Shown: positions 22,341 through 31,699 of the stretch, in pieces
Layout: every line of letters starts with the position of its first letter
Position numbering within the stretch: the stretch's first letter is position 1
Assembly (NCBI GenBank): GCA_963758695.1
Contig: CAVWWM010000002.1
Location: 1,651 to 65,650 of the forward strand
Direction: 5' to 3'
DNA length: 64,000 bases
Origin: an uncultured Actinomycetes bacterium
Lineage (GTDB): Bacteria > Actinomycetota > Acidimicrobiia > Spongiisociales > DATADW01
Program-made: the position numbers and the translations under genes
Notes under the pieces: generated by a model
Databases searched by the model: none
Seen by the model: only the letters and a program-made list of their open reading frames with translations
What the model was told of the DNA's origin: nothing

Positions 22341-25300
22341 ATGCAGGCGTTTCTATTCACAGATATCGAAACGAGCACGCGCCTCTGGGAGGAACACCCC
22401 GATCAGATGGCGGCGGCGCTTGCTCGACACGACTCGATCCTCCGGCACGCGATAGAGCGGTCCGGTGGCCGAGTGCTGAAGACCACCGGCGACGGCATGA
22501 TCGCAGTCTTCGACTCGGTGGTCGACGGCCTGGATGCCGCCGATCAGGCTCAGAAGTCTCTCGGCTCCGAGACCTGGGGGGCCACCGGGCCCCTGCGGGT
22601 GCGGATGGGGGTCCATGCCGGTGAGACGGACGACCGCGATGGTGACTACTTCGGGCCCGTGATGAACCGGACTGCCCGGATCATGGCCGCCGGTCACGGC
22701 GGACAGGTGTTGCTATCCGCCATCGCCGCCAGGATGGCCGAGGATCAGCTTCCCCCAGGGGCGCGATTGCGTGACCTGGGCGCACACCGTCTCAAGGACC
22801 TGACTCTTCCTGAGCACCTCTACCAACTGGTCCAAGACGGCCTCGGGTCCGAGTTCCCACCATTACTCACCCTCGAAGCAAGACCCCACAACTTCCCGCA
22901 GCAGACCACCGAATTCCTGGGACGAGCCGACGAACTGGCTGCGATCGAGGTGATGCTGGAGTCCAGGAGTACGAGGTTGTTGACCGTCGTCGGACCTGGA
23001 GGAGTGGGCAAGACACGTCTCGGGCTGCAGGTCGCCGCCGAGCAGATGGACCACTTTCGAGACGGAGTCTTCTTCGTCGACTTGTCGGCCGAGACTGATC
23101 CGGACAGCGCCTTCGAGGCGGTGGTAAGGGCGCTCAATCTTCCGCTTTCAGGAGGTGGCGAACCGCTCCAGATCCTGAAATCACGGCTCCGCGACAGCCA
23201 GATGCTCCTGGTTCTCGACAACTTCGAGCAGGTGACCGCAGCGGCTGCCGGCGTGTCCGAGCTGCTTCAGGCGGCGCCGGATCTCAAGATCATCGTGACG
23301 AGCCGGGAGACCCTACGGGTGAGGGCTGAGCACGTCTTCCCCGTCCCGCCGTTCGGCCTGCCCCATCCAACGGACCCGACATCTTCAATCGCCGAATCCG
23401 AAGCGGTCCAACTCTTCAGCGAGCGTGCCCGGGCGGTGCGTCCCGAATTCGTCATCACCGACGAGAACGCCACTGAGGTAGCCGAGATCTGTCTTCGACT
23501 CGATGGTCTGCCTCTGGCCATCGAGCTGGCTGCCGCCCGGCTCAACGTCTTCACGCCGTCCGACCTGCTCGACCGTCTGCGCGACCGGCTCGATGTTCTG
23601 GGAAGCGGGGGACGGGATCTCCCTGACAGGCAGCGCACCCTGTGGGCAGCGATCGGGTGGAGCTATGAGCTGCTCGACGACGGCGAGAGGTCCATTTTTG
23701 AACTGATGTCGGTGTTCACGACGGCGGATCTCCCGACTTTGGAGGCGGTGTCCGCCAACGCCTTTGGGGAAATTCCGCTCGTCGACTCGATCGCCTCGCT
23801 GGTGGACAAGAGCCTGGTTCGAGCGGTTGAGAGGGCGGGTTCGCAGCGCTTCTCCATGTTGCTCACGATCAGGGAGTACGCCGAAGCCCGGCTGGCCGAC
23901 AACCCCGAACAGAACGAGGCGGTGCGCCGGGCCCACGCCGTCCATTACTCCGAATTCGGCGCGCAGCTGCATGAGCGTCTCCGTGGCCCTGGACGCGAGG
24001 CTGCCCTCACCGACCTCGAATTGGAGATCGGCAACGTGAGGACCGCCTGGCGTTACTGGGTCGACCGAGCCGATCTGGAGCAGGTGTTCGAACTCGTCGA
24101 CGGGCTGTGGGCGCTCCACGAGGCCAAGGGTTGGTACCACGCCGCCATGGAGCTCGCCACCGATGCGCTCGAAGTGCTGGACAAGGTCGGTCACTCACCG
24201 GGGCTCGCCGCCCAGGAGTTGGCCCTGCGCACCAGTCTGGCCCGCGCCTCGATGGCGGTGCACGGATACGGCGTGGAGGTCGAGGAGGCCTTCAAGGCAG
24301 CCCTGGCGATGGCGCACACCGCGGGAACTGCTGCACAGCAGTTCCCGGTGCTCCGTGCCCTTGCCACCTACTACATGGGCGTGGCGAACTTCGAGCAAGG
24401 GGCCGTGTATGGGCAACGGCTGCTCGACATGGGGGAGCGCGAGGGTGACGACTCGATACGGATCGAAGGCCACTACGTCTACGGGGGAGCCAAGAGCTTC
24501 AGCGGTGATCTCGAAACAGGTCTGCCCCACCTCGAGCGTGTCATCGAGCTTCATGATCCTCGGGTCCATGGCTCGGCTCGCTTCCGGCTCGGGCCTAACA
24601 CAGGCGTTACGGCGCGGGTGGCATCGGGCCTCATTCTGTGGCAAAGCGGTGCTCTGGGGCGAAGTGTCGCCCGGCTCACCGAGGCGCTCGAGATTGCCCG
24701 GGACCTCGACCATCCCTACAGCGTGGCCTTTGCCCTCTATCACAATGGCCTGCTCGCCCTGTTTAGGAGCCGTTTCGACGAGTGTGGGCGAATCGCACGC
24801 GAGCTTGCCGCGGTGGCGGAGGACAACGACTACGTGGTGTGGAAGACACTCGCCACCGTCCTCGAGGGGGTGTCGTTGACCGCCCTCGGTGGGACCGAGC
24901 AGGGCCTGGCGATGACCGAAACCGCCATAGACCTCTACCAAGGGCTGACTACACCGCCGGTGTTCTGGCCGCAGCTTCTCTCGGTCAGAAGCCTGACACA
25001 CGCCTTGGCTGGTCGGCCCGAGCAGGCTCTTGTTTTGATAAATGACGCGTTGGAGATTGGGCAGCCTTATTCGACGGCTCCACCCGATTTCCTGGTGCTC
25101 AAGGGCGACTTCCTCCGCATGCTGACCCCACCGGACCTCGTCGGAGCCGAGGCGGCCTACGAGGCCGGTACCCAAGATGCCCGGACGGCGGGGCTTCACC
25201 TCATCGAACTGCAAGGGCTGACCCGTCTGGTCGGTCTCCGAAGGGAGCTGGGCCGATTCCCCGATGGCAGCGCCGAGCTCGCCGAGCTATATGCCAGTTT

Positions 25301-25400
25301 CACGGAGGGGCACGATGAGCACGACATCACCTTGGCTCGAGACCTATTGAATGTGGAGGGATCCCAATCAGCGCCACTCCCGGGCGCGGAGCTTCCCTGA
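22341..25400 (+). CDS. class III adenylate/guanylate cyclase domain fused to NB-ARC-type STAND ATPase and TPR repeats
   Basis: Intact 1019-aa ORF. Cyclase motifs FLFTDIETST, LKTTGDGMIAVF and GPVMNRTARI. P-loop VVGPGGVGKTRL, Walker B MLLVLDNFEQV, IIVTSRE, and a long TPR-like C-terminus. Confidence 0.85.
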   Translation: MQAFLFTDIETSTRLWEEHPDQMAAALARHDSILRHAIERSGGRVLKTTGDGMIAVFDSVVDGLDAADQAQKSLGSETWGATGPLRVRMGVHAGETDDRDGDYFGPVMNRTARIMAAGHGGQVLLSAIAARMAEDQLPPGARLRDLGAHRLKDLTLPEHLYQLVQDGLGSEFPPLLTLEARPHNFPQQTTEFLGRADELAAIEVMLESRSTRLLTVVGPGGVGKTRLGLQVAAEQMDHFRDGVFFVDLSAETDPDSAFEAVVRALNLPLSGGGEPLQILKSRLRDSQMLLVLDNFEQVTAAAAGVSELLQAAPDLKIIVTSRETLRVRAEHVFPVPPFGLPHPTDPTSSIAESEAVQLFSERARAVRPEFVITDENATEVAEICLRLDGLPLAIELAAARLNVFTPSDLLDRLRDRLDVLGSGGRDLPDRQRTLWAAIGWSYELLDDGERSIFELMSVFTTADLPTLEAVSANAFGEIPLVDSIASLVDKSLVRAVERAGSQRFSMLLTIREYAEARLADNPEQNEAVRRAHAVHYSEFGAQLHERLRGPGREAALTDLELEIGNVRTAWRYWVDRADLEQVFELVDGLWALHEAKGWYHAAMELATDALEVLDKVGHSPGLAAQELALRTSLARASMAVHGYGVEVEEAFKAALAMAHTAGTAAQQFPVLRALATYYMGVANFEQGAVYGQRLLDMGEREGDDSIRIEGHYVYGGAKSFSGDLETGLPHLERVIELHDPRVHGSARFRLGPNTGVTARVASGLILWQSGALGRSVARLTEALEIARDLDHPYSVAFALYHNGLLALFRSRFDECGRIARELAAVAEDNDYVVWKTLATVLEGVSLTALGGTEQGLAMTETAIDLYQGLTTPPVFWPQLLSVRSLTHALAGRPEQALVLINDALEIGQPYSTAPPDFLVLKGDFLRMLTPPDLVGAEAAYEAGTQDARTAGLHLIELQGLTRLVGLRRELGRFPDGSAELAELYASFTEGHDEHDITLARDLLNVEGSQSAPLPGAELP

Positions 25401-25511
25401 GTAACCGGTCGCACTCGAGGCAGCTGCAGGTGTCGCGCTCGAAGCGGCGTGGCACAATGTTTGCTGGCCTATCGCCCTCGCGCTGAAGGCCGGCAAGTCC
25501 AAGGAGATCCG

Positions 25512-26270
25512 TTGCAGGCCCAGATCGGGGTGCAGCTCTACACGCTGCGAGACATGGCGACACGGGATCCGGAGGGGATGCTTGCGCGGCTTGGGACGAT
25601 CGGGTTCGTCGCCGTCGAGTCGGCCGGTCTGTTTGGTCGTCGACCGGAGGCGGTGGCCGCGATGCTGGCCGACTCAGGGTTACGCCTGTGCAGTGCTCAC
25701 GTCGGGTTCAGGGACGACGACACATACGAAGCCGATCTCGAGGCCCACCAGAGGGCGGGTGCCACCACCTTCATAATCCCGGCGTTGCCCCCGGAAGGCT
25801 TCGTCGATCTAGACGCAGTCCGGCGCACAGCCGAGACAATCAACCAGGCAAATCAGCGGGTCAGGTCAATGGGAGGAGAGCTCGGCTACCACAACCATCA
25901 CTGGGAGATGACGCCGATCGACGGGCGGCCGGCGCTGCTCCACCTCGTCGAGCACCTCGAGCCGAGCGTCCTGTGCGAGGTGGATGTGTACTGGGCCCGC
26001 GTCGGGGGTGTCGACCCGGCTCGGCTGGTCGCCGACCTTGGTGACCGGGTCCGAATGCTCCACGTCAAGGACGGTCCCGCCGACCACCCCGAGAGCGCCA
26101 TGGTGGCGGTGGGGGAAGGTGCTCTCGACATGCCGCCGATCCTCGCCGCCAATCCGGCGGTGGTATGGCACATCGTCGAGCTCGATCGGTGTGACACCGA
26201 CATGTTCGAGGCCGTGGAGCGCAGCTATCACTTCCTCGTGGACGGGGGCCTGTCTCAGGCGCGCCGATGA
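25512..26270 (+). CDS. sugar phosphate isomerase/epimerase (xylose isomerase-like TIM barrel)
   Basis: IGVQLYTLRD start motif and ELGYHNHHWE metal-binding region. AAGGAG RBS 5 nt before the TTG at 25512. The longer ORF from 25449 has no RBS. Confidence 0.8.
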   Translation: MQAQIGVQLYTLRDMATRDPEGMLARLGTIGFVAVESAGLFGRRPEAVAAMLADSGLRLCSAHVGFRDDDTYEADLEAHQRAGATTFIIPALPPEGFVDLDAVRRTAETINQANQRVRSMGGELGYHNHHWEMTPIDGRPALLHLVEHLEPSVLCEVDVYWARVGGVDPARLVADLGDRVRMLHVKDGPADHPESAMVAVGEGALDMPPILAANPAVVWHIVELDRCDTDMFEAVERSYHFLVDGGLSQARR

Positions 26271-27364
26271 AACGTGTCGGGATTATCGGATGTGGCGTCA
26301 TCGCGCCGACATATGCCACGACCCTCAACGAGATCGACTTCATCGATTTGGTCGCCTGTTCCGACAGCATGCCCGATCGAGCCGCCGAGTTGGCGGCGAG
26401 CTACGACATTCCCCGGGTAACTCCGCTCGACGCGCTCCTTGCCGATGACGAAATCGATGCAGTGATCAACCTCACCCCTCCCAAGGCCCATGGCGTCGTG
26501 ACCGGGGCGGCGCTGAAGGCGGGAAAGGCGGTCTTTAGCGAGAAGCCGCTTGGCGTTGAGTTCACCGAGGGCAAAACGCTGGTTGACGCAGCCGCCGAGA
26601 GTGGGCTCCGGCTCGGTTGCGCCCCGGACACGTTCCTCGGCCCAGGCCTGCAGACCTGCCGCGACATCGTCGAACGGGGACTGATCGGGGAGCCGGTGGC
26701 TGCGAACGGCTTCATCCTCGGGCCGGGTCCCGAGCACTGGCATCCCGATCCAGGGAGCTTCTATCAACTGGGCGCCGGGCCTCTGCTGGACGTGGGTCCC
26801 TACTACCTCACCGCCCTCGTCCAGCTGCTCGGGCCTGCACGACGGGTGAGCGGTGCGGCTCGGATCACCCGTGCGGAGCGTCCGATCCTCTCGGGACCGC
26901 GCCGTGGCGACATGATCCGGGTTGAGGCACCGACCCACGTCAGCACCATCGTCGAGTTCGCATCCGGTGCGATCGCCACCCTCGTCACCAGCTTCGATGT
27001 GGCGGCGACGCAATACCGAAATCTGGAGATCTACGGCAGCGAGGCGACGCTGGCCGTGCCCGACCCCAACACCTTCGGCGGTCCGGTGCGGATAAAGGCG
27101 GTGGGCTCGAAGCAGTGGCGGGACCTCCCTCTGCGGTCGACGCATCTGCCGTTGCGGCGGGGCATCGGAGCGGCAGACATGCTGTGGGCGATGGGCAGCG
27201 GACGAGCACACCGGGCTTCCGATGTGCTGGCGCTGCATGTGCTGGAGATGATGACGGCATCGATCGATTCAGCCGAGACCGGGCAAAGGGTGGATCTCAC
27301 CACCAGTTGTGCCCCCGCTCCGCTCCTGCCACTCGGTCTCGCTCAGCACACCTTCGACGACTGA
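26267..27364 (+). CDS. Gfo/Idh/MocA family oxidoreductase
   Basis: MKRVGIIGCGVIA Rossmann start and AVFSEKPL motif. ATGA overlap with the upstream isomerase gene. Confidence 0.85.
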   Translation: MKRVGIIGCGVIAPTYATTLNEIDFIDLVACSDSMPDRAAELAASYDIPRVTPLDALLADDEIDAVINLTPPKAHGVVTGAALKAGKAVFSEKPLGVEFTEGKTLVDAAAESGLRLGCAPDTFLGPGLQTCRDIVERGLIGEPVAANGFILGPGPEHWHPDPGSFYQLGAGPLLDVGPYYLTALVQLLGPARRVSGAARITRAERPILSGPRRGDMIRVEAPTHVSTIVEFASGAIATLVTSFDVAATQYRNLEIYGSEATLAVPDPNTFGGPVRIKAVGSKQWRDLPLRSTHLPLRRGIGAADMLWAMGSGRAHRASDVLALHVLEMMTASIDSAETGQRVDLTTSCAPAPLLPLGLAQHTFDD

Positions 27365-27510
27365 AGGGAGCCAGCCGTGCTGGTGAAGCCATCGATCAGC
27401 GCGCAGCACCCCGTCTTCCGATTCGTCGGATAGCTCGAGAAGGGCCGGCGCGACAGCGGCCTCTGCAGGCGGTGGGAAAAGCCTAGGTTTGGGAGCGTCT
27501 GGAGGGGACG

Positions 27511-28776
27511 TTGAACACTCTTATCTCGGCGCTGATGGTGGTGCTCTCGGTCCTGGTGACGGTGACACCGGAGCAGGCAGGCGACGACGACAAGGTTTAC
27601 CAGGAGGAGGATCGAGATCGGTTTGGTCCCCCGCCGATGGTTCCCCAGAACTTCCTGCCCGAGAACAGTCGGGTCTCTGAGACGATTGGCTCCAAACCGA
27701 ACTTGTTCCTGTCGTTCGACGATGGAAACTCGAGCCTGACGCCGGTGTTGCTCGATGTGCTCGCCGACTATCCGGACGTCGGGGTCACCTTCTTCGTGAA
27801 TTGCAAGGAACCGATCTCCGGAGTGATGCAGCGGATCATCGACGACGGACACGCCATCGGCAACCACACCTGCCATCACTCCTTGATGACAGGGATGAGC
27901 TCGTCAGAACGATGGAGCCAGTTCGAACAGCTCAACCAGTTCGTGACCGATCGGGTGGAACCTGATATCAGCATCGGGTGTCACCGGCCGCCGTTCGGCG
28001 CCACCAACGACTCGATCCGGGCTGACGGCGCCGCCCTCGGCTTGCGGGAATGGACGTGGACCATCGACCCATACGACTGGCAGCTGCCGGGGGTGGAGTC
28101 GATCCTCGCCGATCTCGAGAAGATGCGGAACGGGGACATCATCATCCTGCACAACTCGGAGGGAAAGTCGCAGACGATCGAGGCGGTGCGGATCTTCTTC
28201 GCCGAGCACTACGACGACTACCTGTTCCGAGCCCTTCCCCAGTGTGGGGTATCGCTGGGACCGTTCGCTGACGTTCCCAGCAGCGGCACGTTCACCGAGG
28301 ACATCGCCTGGGTCAAGGAGCAGGGCATTGCCCTCGGATGCAATGTCGAGGGCACGATGTTCTGTCCCGATGACCTGGTCACCCGGGGCCAGATGGCGAG
28401 CTTCCTGAGCCGCGCTCTCGAGCTTCCAAAGCCGAGCCGCGGCTACTTCAAGGACGATGGGCACAACGCCCACGAAGACAACATCGACCGGTTGGCAGAG
28501 GCGGGAATCAGCAACGGCTGTGGCGACCGTATCTACTGCCCCGACGACTCAGTGAGCCGCGCTCAGATGGCGTCGTTTCTCGTCAGGGCGCTCGGGCTCG
28601 AGCCGATCCCGGGAGATGTCTTCGGCGACACTTCGGGGCCCCATGAGCCCAACATCAACGCCCTCGCTACCGCCGGGATCACCAAGGGTTGCGACGCAGA
28701 CGGAAAGAGGTTCTGCCCGCACGTGCCGGTGACCCGCGAAGAAATGGCCGCCTTCCTGCACCGGGCGTTCGGTTAG
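27511..28776 (+). CDS. secreted polysaccharide deacetylase (CE4/NodB) with three C-terminal SLH-type repeats
   Basis: Hydrophobic N-terminus; NodB motifs FLSFDDGN, HAIGNHTCHH and RPPFGA. Three repeats follow of the type F.D..G.H...I..LA.AGI..GC....FCP...V.R.QMA.FL.RAL. Confidence 0.8.
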   Translation: MNTLISALMVVLSVLVTVTPEQAGDDDKVYQEEDRDRFGPPPMVPQNFLPENSRVSETIGSKPNLFLSFDDGNSSLTPVLLDVLADYPDVGVTFFVNCKEPISGVMQRIIDDGHAIGNHTCHHSLMTGMSSSERWSQFEQLNQFVTDRVEPDISIGCHRPPFGATNDSIRADGAALGLREWTWTIDPYDWQLPGVESILADLEKMRNGDIIILHNSEGKSQTIEAVRIFFAEHYDDYLFRALPQCGVSLGPFADVPSSGTFTEDIAWVKEQGIALGCNVEGTMFCPDDLVTRGQMASFLSRALELPKPSRGYFKDDGHNAHEDNIDRLAEAGISNGCGDRIYCPDDSVSRAQMASFLVRALGLEPIPGDVFGDTSGPHEPNINALATAGITKGCDADGKRFCPHVPVTREEMAAFLHRAFG

Positions 28777-28931
28777 CGCACTCGAGTTGTCCCGCGATCG
28801 GCATCGGAAATAGGTCGAGCGACCCATCTCGGGGGGATTCGCCGGGGGTCGATGATCTTCGTCCGCGGACTCTGAGCGCGCCTGGGCGCTTCCGCGATCT
28901 ACCGCAGTGTCGACCTTGAGGGAAGGAATCG

Positions 28932-30191
28932 ATGATGTCGAAATGGAGAAGGTTGGTAGGCGCGGTGTCGCTGGGAGTCTTGCTCCTGCCGACGGCCGCT
29001 TCTGCTGAGGAGACGCCCGGCGACCTTTGGGGCGACGAGAGCGACGTGGTCATCGACCTCGTTGAAGGCGAGGAGGCACCCGCCGGTGGATTCACCGAGG
29101 CGGCACAGTACGGGTGGGAGCCGCTGGGCATCGTCGCCGGAGGATCCCAGATCCGCCGTCACTCGCTGGGCCGCGATGTCTGGGAGGTGTGGCTGTGCAA
29201 CACCGGTCCCACGCCATACACCTACAGCCCGGAAACCCTCAAGAAGAAGCTCAACACCCGCGTCGGACCGTACTTCGACTGGCAGTCGGAGGGCAAGTAC
29301 GACATCGACTTCGTGGAGGGCGGCATCGTCAACGGCACACAAGACGGGGATACCTACGGCGACATGAGTCTCTGTCTCAACAAGGTCGCCAACCGCACCG
29401 AAGGCAACCGGAACGGTGTGGTCCTGGTCCTCGACGAGGTGCTTTCGTTTGCGGAGGGCTTTGCTGGGCTGGCCGGACCCGGTTCGTTCTGCATCGATGG
29501 GGGTGCCTGCGGGTCAGTGCCCGACACCTTCCCCGGCAACTACCGCTACGCCCTTCTCGGTGCCGAGACGTTCACTTCGAACACCGTGTTTGGGGAGGCG
29601 CTTACGTCGATCGCTGCCCATGAGATGGGTCACGCCATCCACTTCCCCCACTCTTCCTCGGGTGGCGGGGACGACTACGACAACCCGATCGATCTCATGA
29701 GCGGCAACAGCGAGACCTTCGACGGGCAGCCGGGCTACACCGAAGCGGATCCATACGGGACGCTTGCCTTCAATCGCTACGCGGCAGGATGGATCCCCTC
29801 GGGCGACGTGGTGGTGTTCGAGGACGGGGCGAAGACGATCAAGCTGGTGAAGCCGAACTACGCCGGGAAGCAGTTGGTTGTCATTCCCTTGTCCAAGGGG
29901 CGCTATGTCACGATCGACGCCCGACTCAACGACACGCATGACCCGATCCCCGATTCGGTCGAGGGGGCCGCGGTGCACATCGTCGACCAGCGTCCCAACT
30001 GCCCCGAAGCCGACGCCTACGGACTCACCGCTTGCTTCGGGATCCTGCGAACCCACGTCCAGAAGCCGGCCAACCCATACGGGGCACAACACGTGCTCAA
30101 GAAGGATCAGGAGCGCAACGTCGGCGGGTATGTCGTCAAGGTGCTGGGCAAAGGCGCCAACTGGGTGAAGGTGAAGGTCACCGAGGTCTAG
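28932..30191 (+). CDS. secreted zinc metalloprotease, metzincin-like HEMGHAIHFPH motif
   Basis: Signal peptide MMSKWRRLVGAVSLGVLLLPTAASA. Single HExxH in the context AAHEMGHAIHFPH. No family recognised beyond zincin. Confidence 0.6.
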   Translation: MMSKWRRLVGAVSLGVLLLPTAASAEETPGDLWGDESDVVIDLVEGEEAPAGGFTEAAQYGWEPLGIVAGGSQIRRHSLGRDVWEVWLCNTGPTPYTYSPETLKKKLNTRVGPYFDWQSEGKYDIDFVEGGIVNGTQDGDTYGDMSLCLNKVANRTEGNRNGVVLVLDEVLSFAEGFAGLAGPGSFCIDGGACGSVPDTFPGNYRYALLGAETFTSNTVFGEALTSIAAHEMGHAIHFPHSSSGGGDDYDNPIDLMSGNSETFDGQPGYTEADPYGTLAFNRYAAGWIPSGDVVVFEDGAKTIKLVKPNYAGKQLVVIPLSKGRYVTIDARLNDTHDPIPDSVEGAAVHIVDQRPNCPEADAYGLTACFGILRTHVQKPANPYGAQHVLKKDQERNVGGYVVKVLGKGANWVKVKVTEV

Positions 30192-30226
30192 AGGAGGCGC
30201 ATAGCTTCACCGCTCGCCGATCTCGG

Positions 30227-30255
30227 GAGCGCCCTAGCCGCCGTGCAGGGCGCTC
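30227..30255. terminator. hairpin between convergent genes (possible bidirectional terminator)
   Basis: Perfect 9-bp stem gagcgccct / agggcgctc with an 11-nt loop. It overlaps the last codons of the minus-strand gene. No T-tract. Confidence 0.35.
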
Positions 30256-31691
30256 TCGAGTGCGGACCGGGTCCCCCTGTTCCGAATCGAAGTGAGAGCT
30301 TCGGCGAAGGCCGCGATGAGGCGCCGATTCTTTGCCAGGTCGTCGCCGAACATCTGCCTGAAGTCGAGAAACCGGGCCGGGTCCGAGAGCGATGCCCGAG
30401 CGTGTTGGCGTGCCGTCTCGAGAAGCGGGTCGTCGGCGGGTTCGATCGCCGAGCCGTCATCTGCAACACCAACGAGGTATTGGCACCAACCGGCGAGTGC
30501 GAGAGCACTCAAGCCAATCGGGCCGCCACGTCGAAGCTGGACGCCGACCGTTGGCAGTACGAACTTGGGGAGTTTGGCGGAACCGTCGTGGCACAGCCGC
30601 GGGATCTGATCGGCGATCGCACCGTTCGAGAATCGGCCAACAATCGTCGCCTTGTAGCCCTCGACATCGACGCCGGGCACCGGTGGAAGAGTCGGAGCCG
30701 CCTCACGGTCGAGGAACGCCCTGACGAAGCGACGGAGGGGCGGGTCCGCCATTGCGGTGTGCACCTGGTCGTGGCCGCGGAGTGCGGCGAGATAGGCGAG
30801 CACGGAGTGTGCGCCGTTGAGGAGGCGAAGCTTCATCTGCTCGTAGGGCTCGACATCTGTGGTCACCACGACGTCCAAGTCCTCCAGCGGCGGCCGTCCT
30901 GCGGCGAAGGTGTCCTCGATCACCCATTGCCGAAAGGGCTCGGCCACCACCGGCCAAACATCAATGACGCCGGTCTCGGTGAGCAGCCATTCGCGGTCGG
31001 CGTCGGTCGTGACCGGGGTGATCCGGTCGACCATGCTGTTGGGGAAGCCGACCTCCCGCTCGACCCACTCCGCCAGAGCGGGATCGACGCTCTCGGCCTC
31101 ACCCAGGGTGGCGGTCCGGGCCACGTCTCCGTTGGAGACAATGTTGTCGCAGCTGACGACGCTCAGCGGACCCGCGTCGCGCGCCCGCCGGAGGGCGAGA
31201 CCAGCGGCCATGATCCCAAAGGCCGAAGCCTTCCCCGCCATGGATGACCCGGGGTCGTACCGACCCTCCTCGATCGGATAGCCGCCCTCGGTGACGGTGA
31301 GCGACACGATCCTGGTGTCCGGATCCGAAATCCGCTCGACCAGTCGGGTGGGGCTGGGGTGAGCGTGGATGTAGTCCACGATGCTGCCGACGATCCGCAC
31401 CTTCGTGACATCGGGACCGCGCAGAACAAGGCTGTAGAGACATTGCTGGCTGCCCAGCGCCGACGCCATGGCGGCATCACCCACAAGCACTCCGCTGCCA
31501 ACGATCGACCAGTCCCGGTGGCCGGTCCGGCACAGGTCATCGATATACGAGCCGAGATGGGAGCGGTGGAAACCACCCACACCGATGTGGACGATGCTTC
31601 TTCGCAACCGGGAACGGTCGTAGGTCGGGACCTCCACCCGATCGGAGATCTCTGGCAGAACTTCGGGCCGGAGCGAAACACCGGGTTGCAC
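30234..31691 (-). CDS. mannitol dehydrogenase family oxidoreductase (mannitol 2-dehydrogenase / fructuronate reductase type)
   Basis: IVHIGVGGFHRSH N-terminal dinucleotide motif, VSCDNI and NSMVDRITP. Confidence 0.85.
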   Translation of the reverse strand: MQPGVSLRPEVLPEISDRVEVPTYDRSRLRRSIVHIGVGGFHRSHLGSYIDDLCRTGHRDWSIVGSGVLVGDAAMASALGSQQCLYSLVLRGPDVTKVRIVGSIVDYIHAHPSPTRLVERISDPDTRIVSLTVTEGGYPIEEGRYDPGSSMAGKASAFGIMAAGLALRRARDAGPLSVVSCDNIVSNGDVARTATLGEAESVDPALAEWVEREVGFPNSMVDRITPVTTDADREWLLTETGVIDVWPVVAEPFRQWVIEDTFAAGRPPLEDLDVVVTTDVEPYEQMKLRLLNGAHSVLAYLAALRGHDQVHTAMADPPLRRFVRAFLDREAAPTLPPVPGVDVEGYKATIVGRFSNGAIADQIPRLCHDGSAKLPKFVLPTVGVQLRRGGPIGLSALALAGWCQYLVGVADDGSAIEPADDPLLETARQHARASLSDPARFLDFRQMFGDDLAKNRRLIAAFAEALTSIRNRGTRSALESALHGG

Positions 31692-31699
31692 GACGGGTC

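Noticed and set aside
23385-25214. 269-aa and 339-aa ORFs on the minus strand
   Set aside because: Antisense to the uninterrupted 1019-aa cyclase-NB-ARC-TPR ORF, with no motifs.
26255-27238. 327-aa ORF on the minus strand
   Set aside because: Antisense to the Gfo/Idh/MocA gene, which has a clear Rossmann start and an operon overlap.
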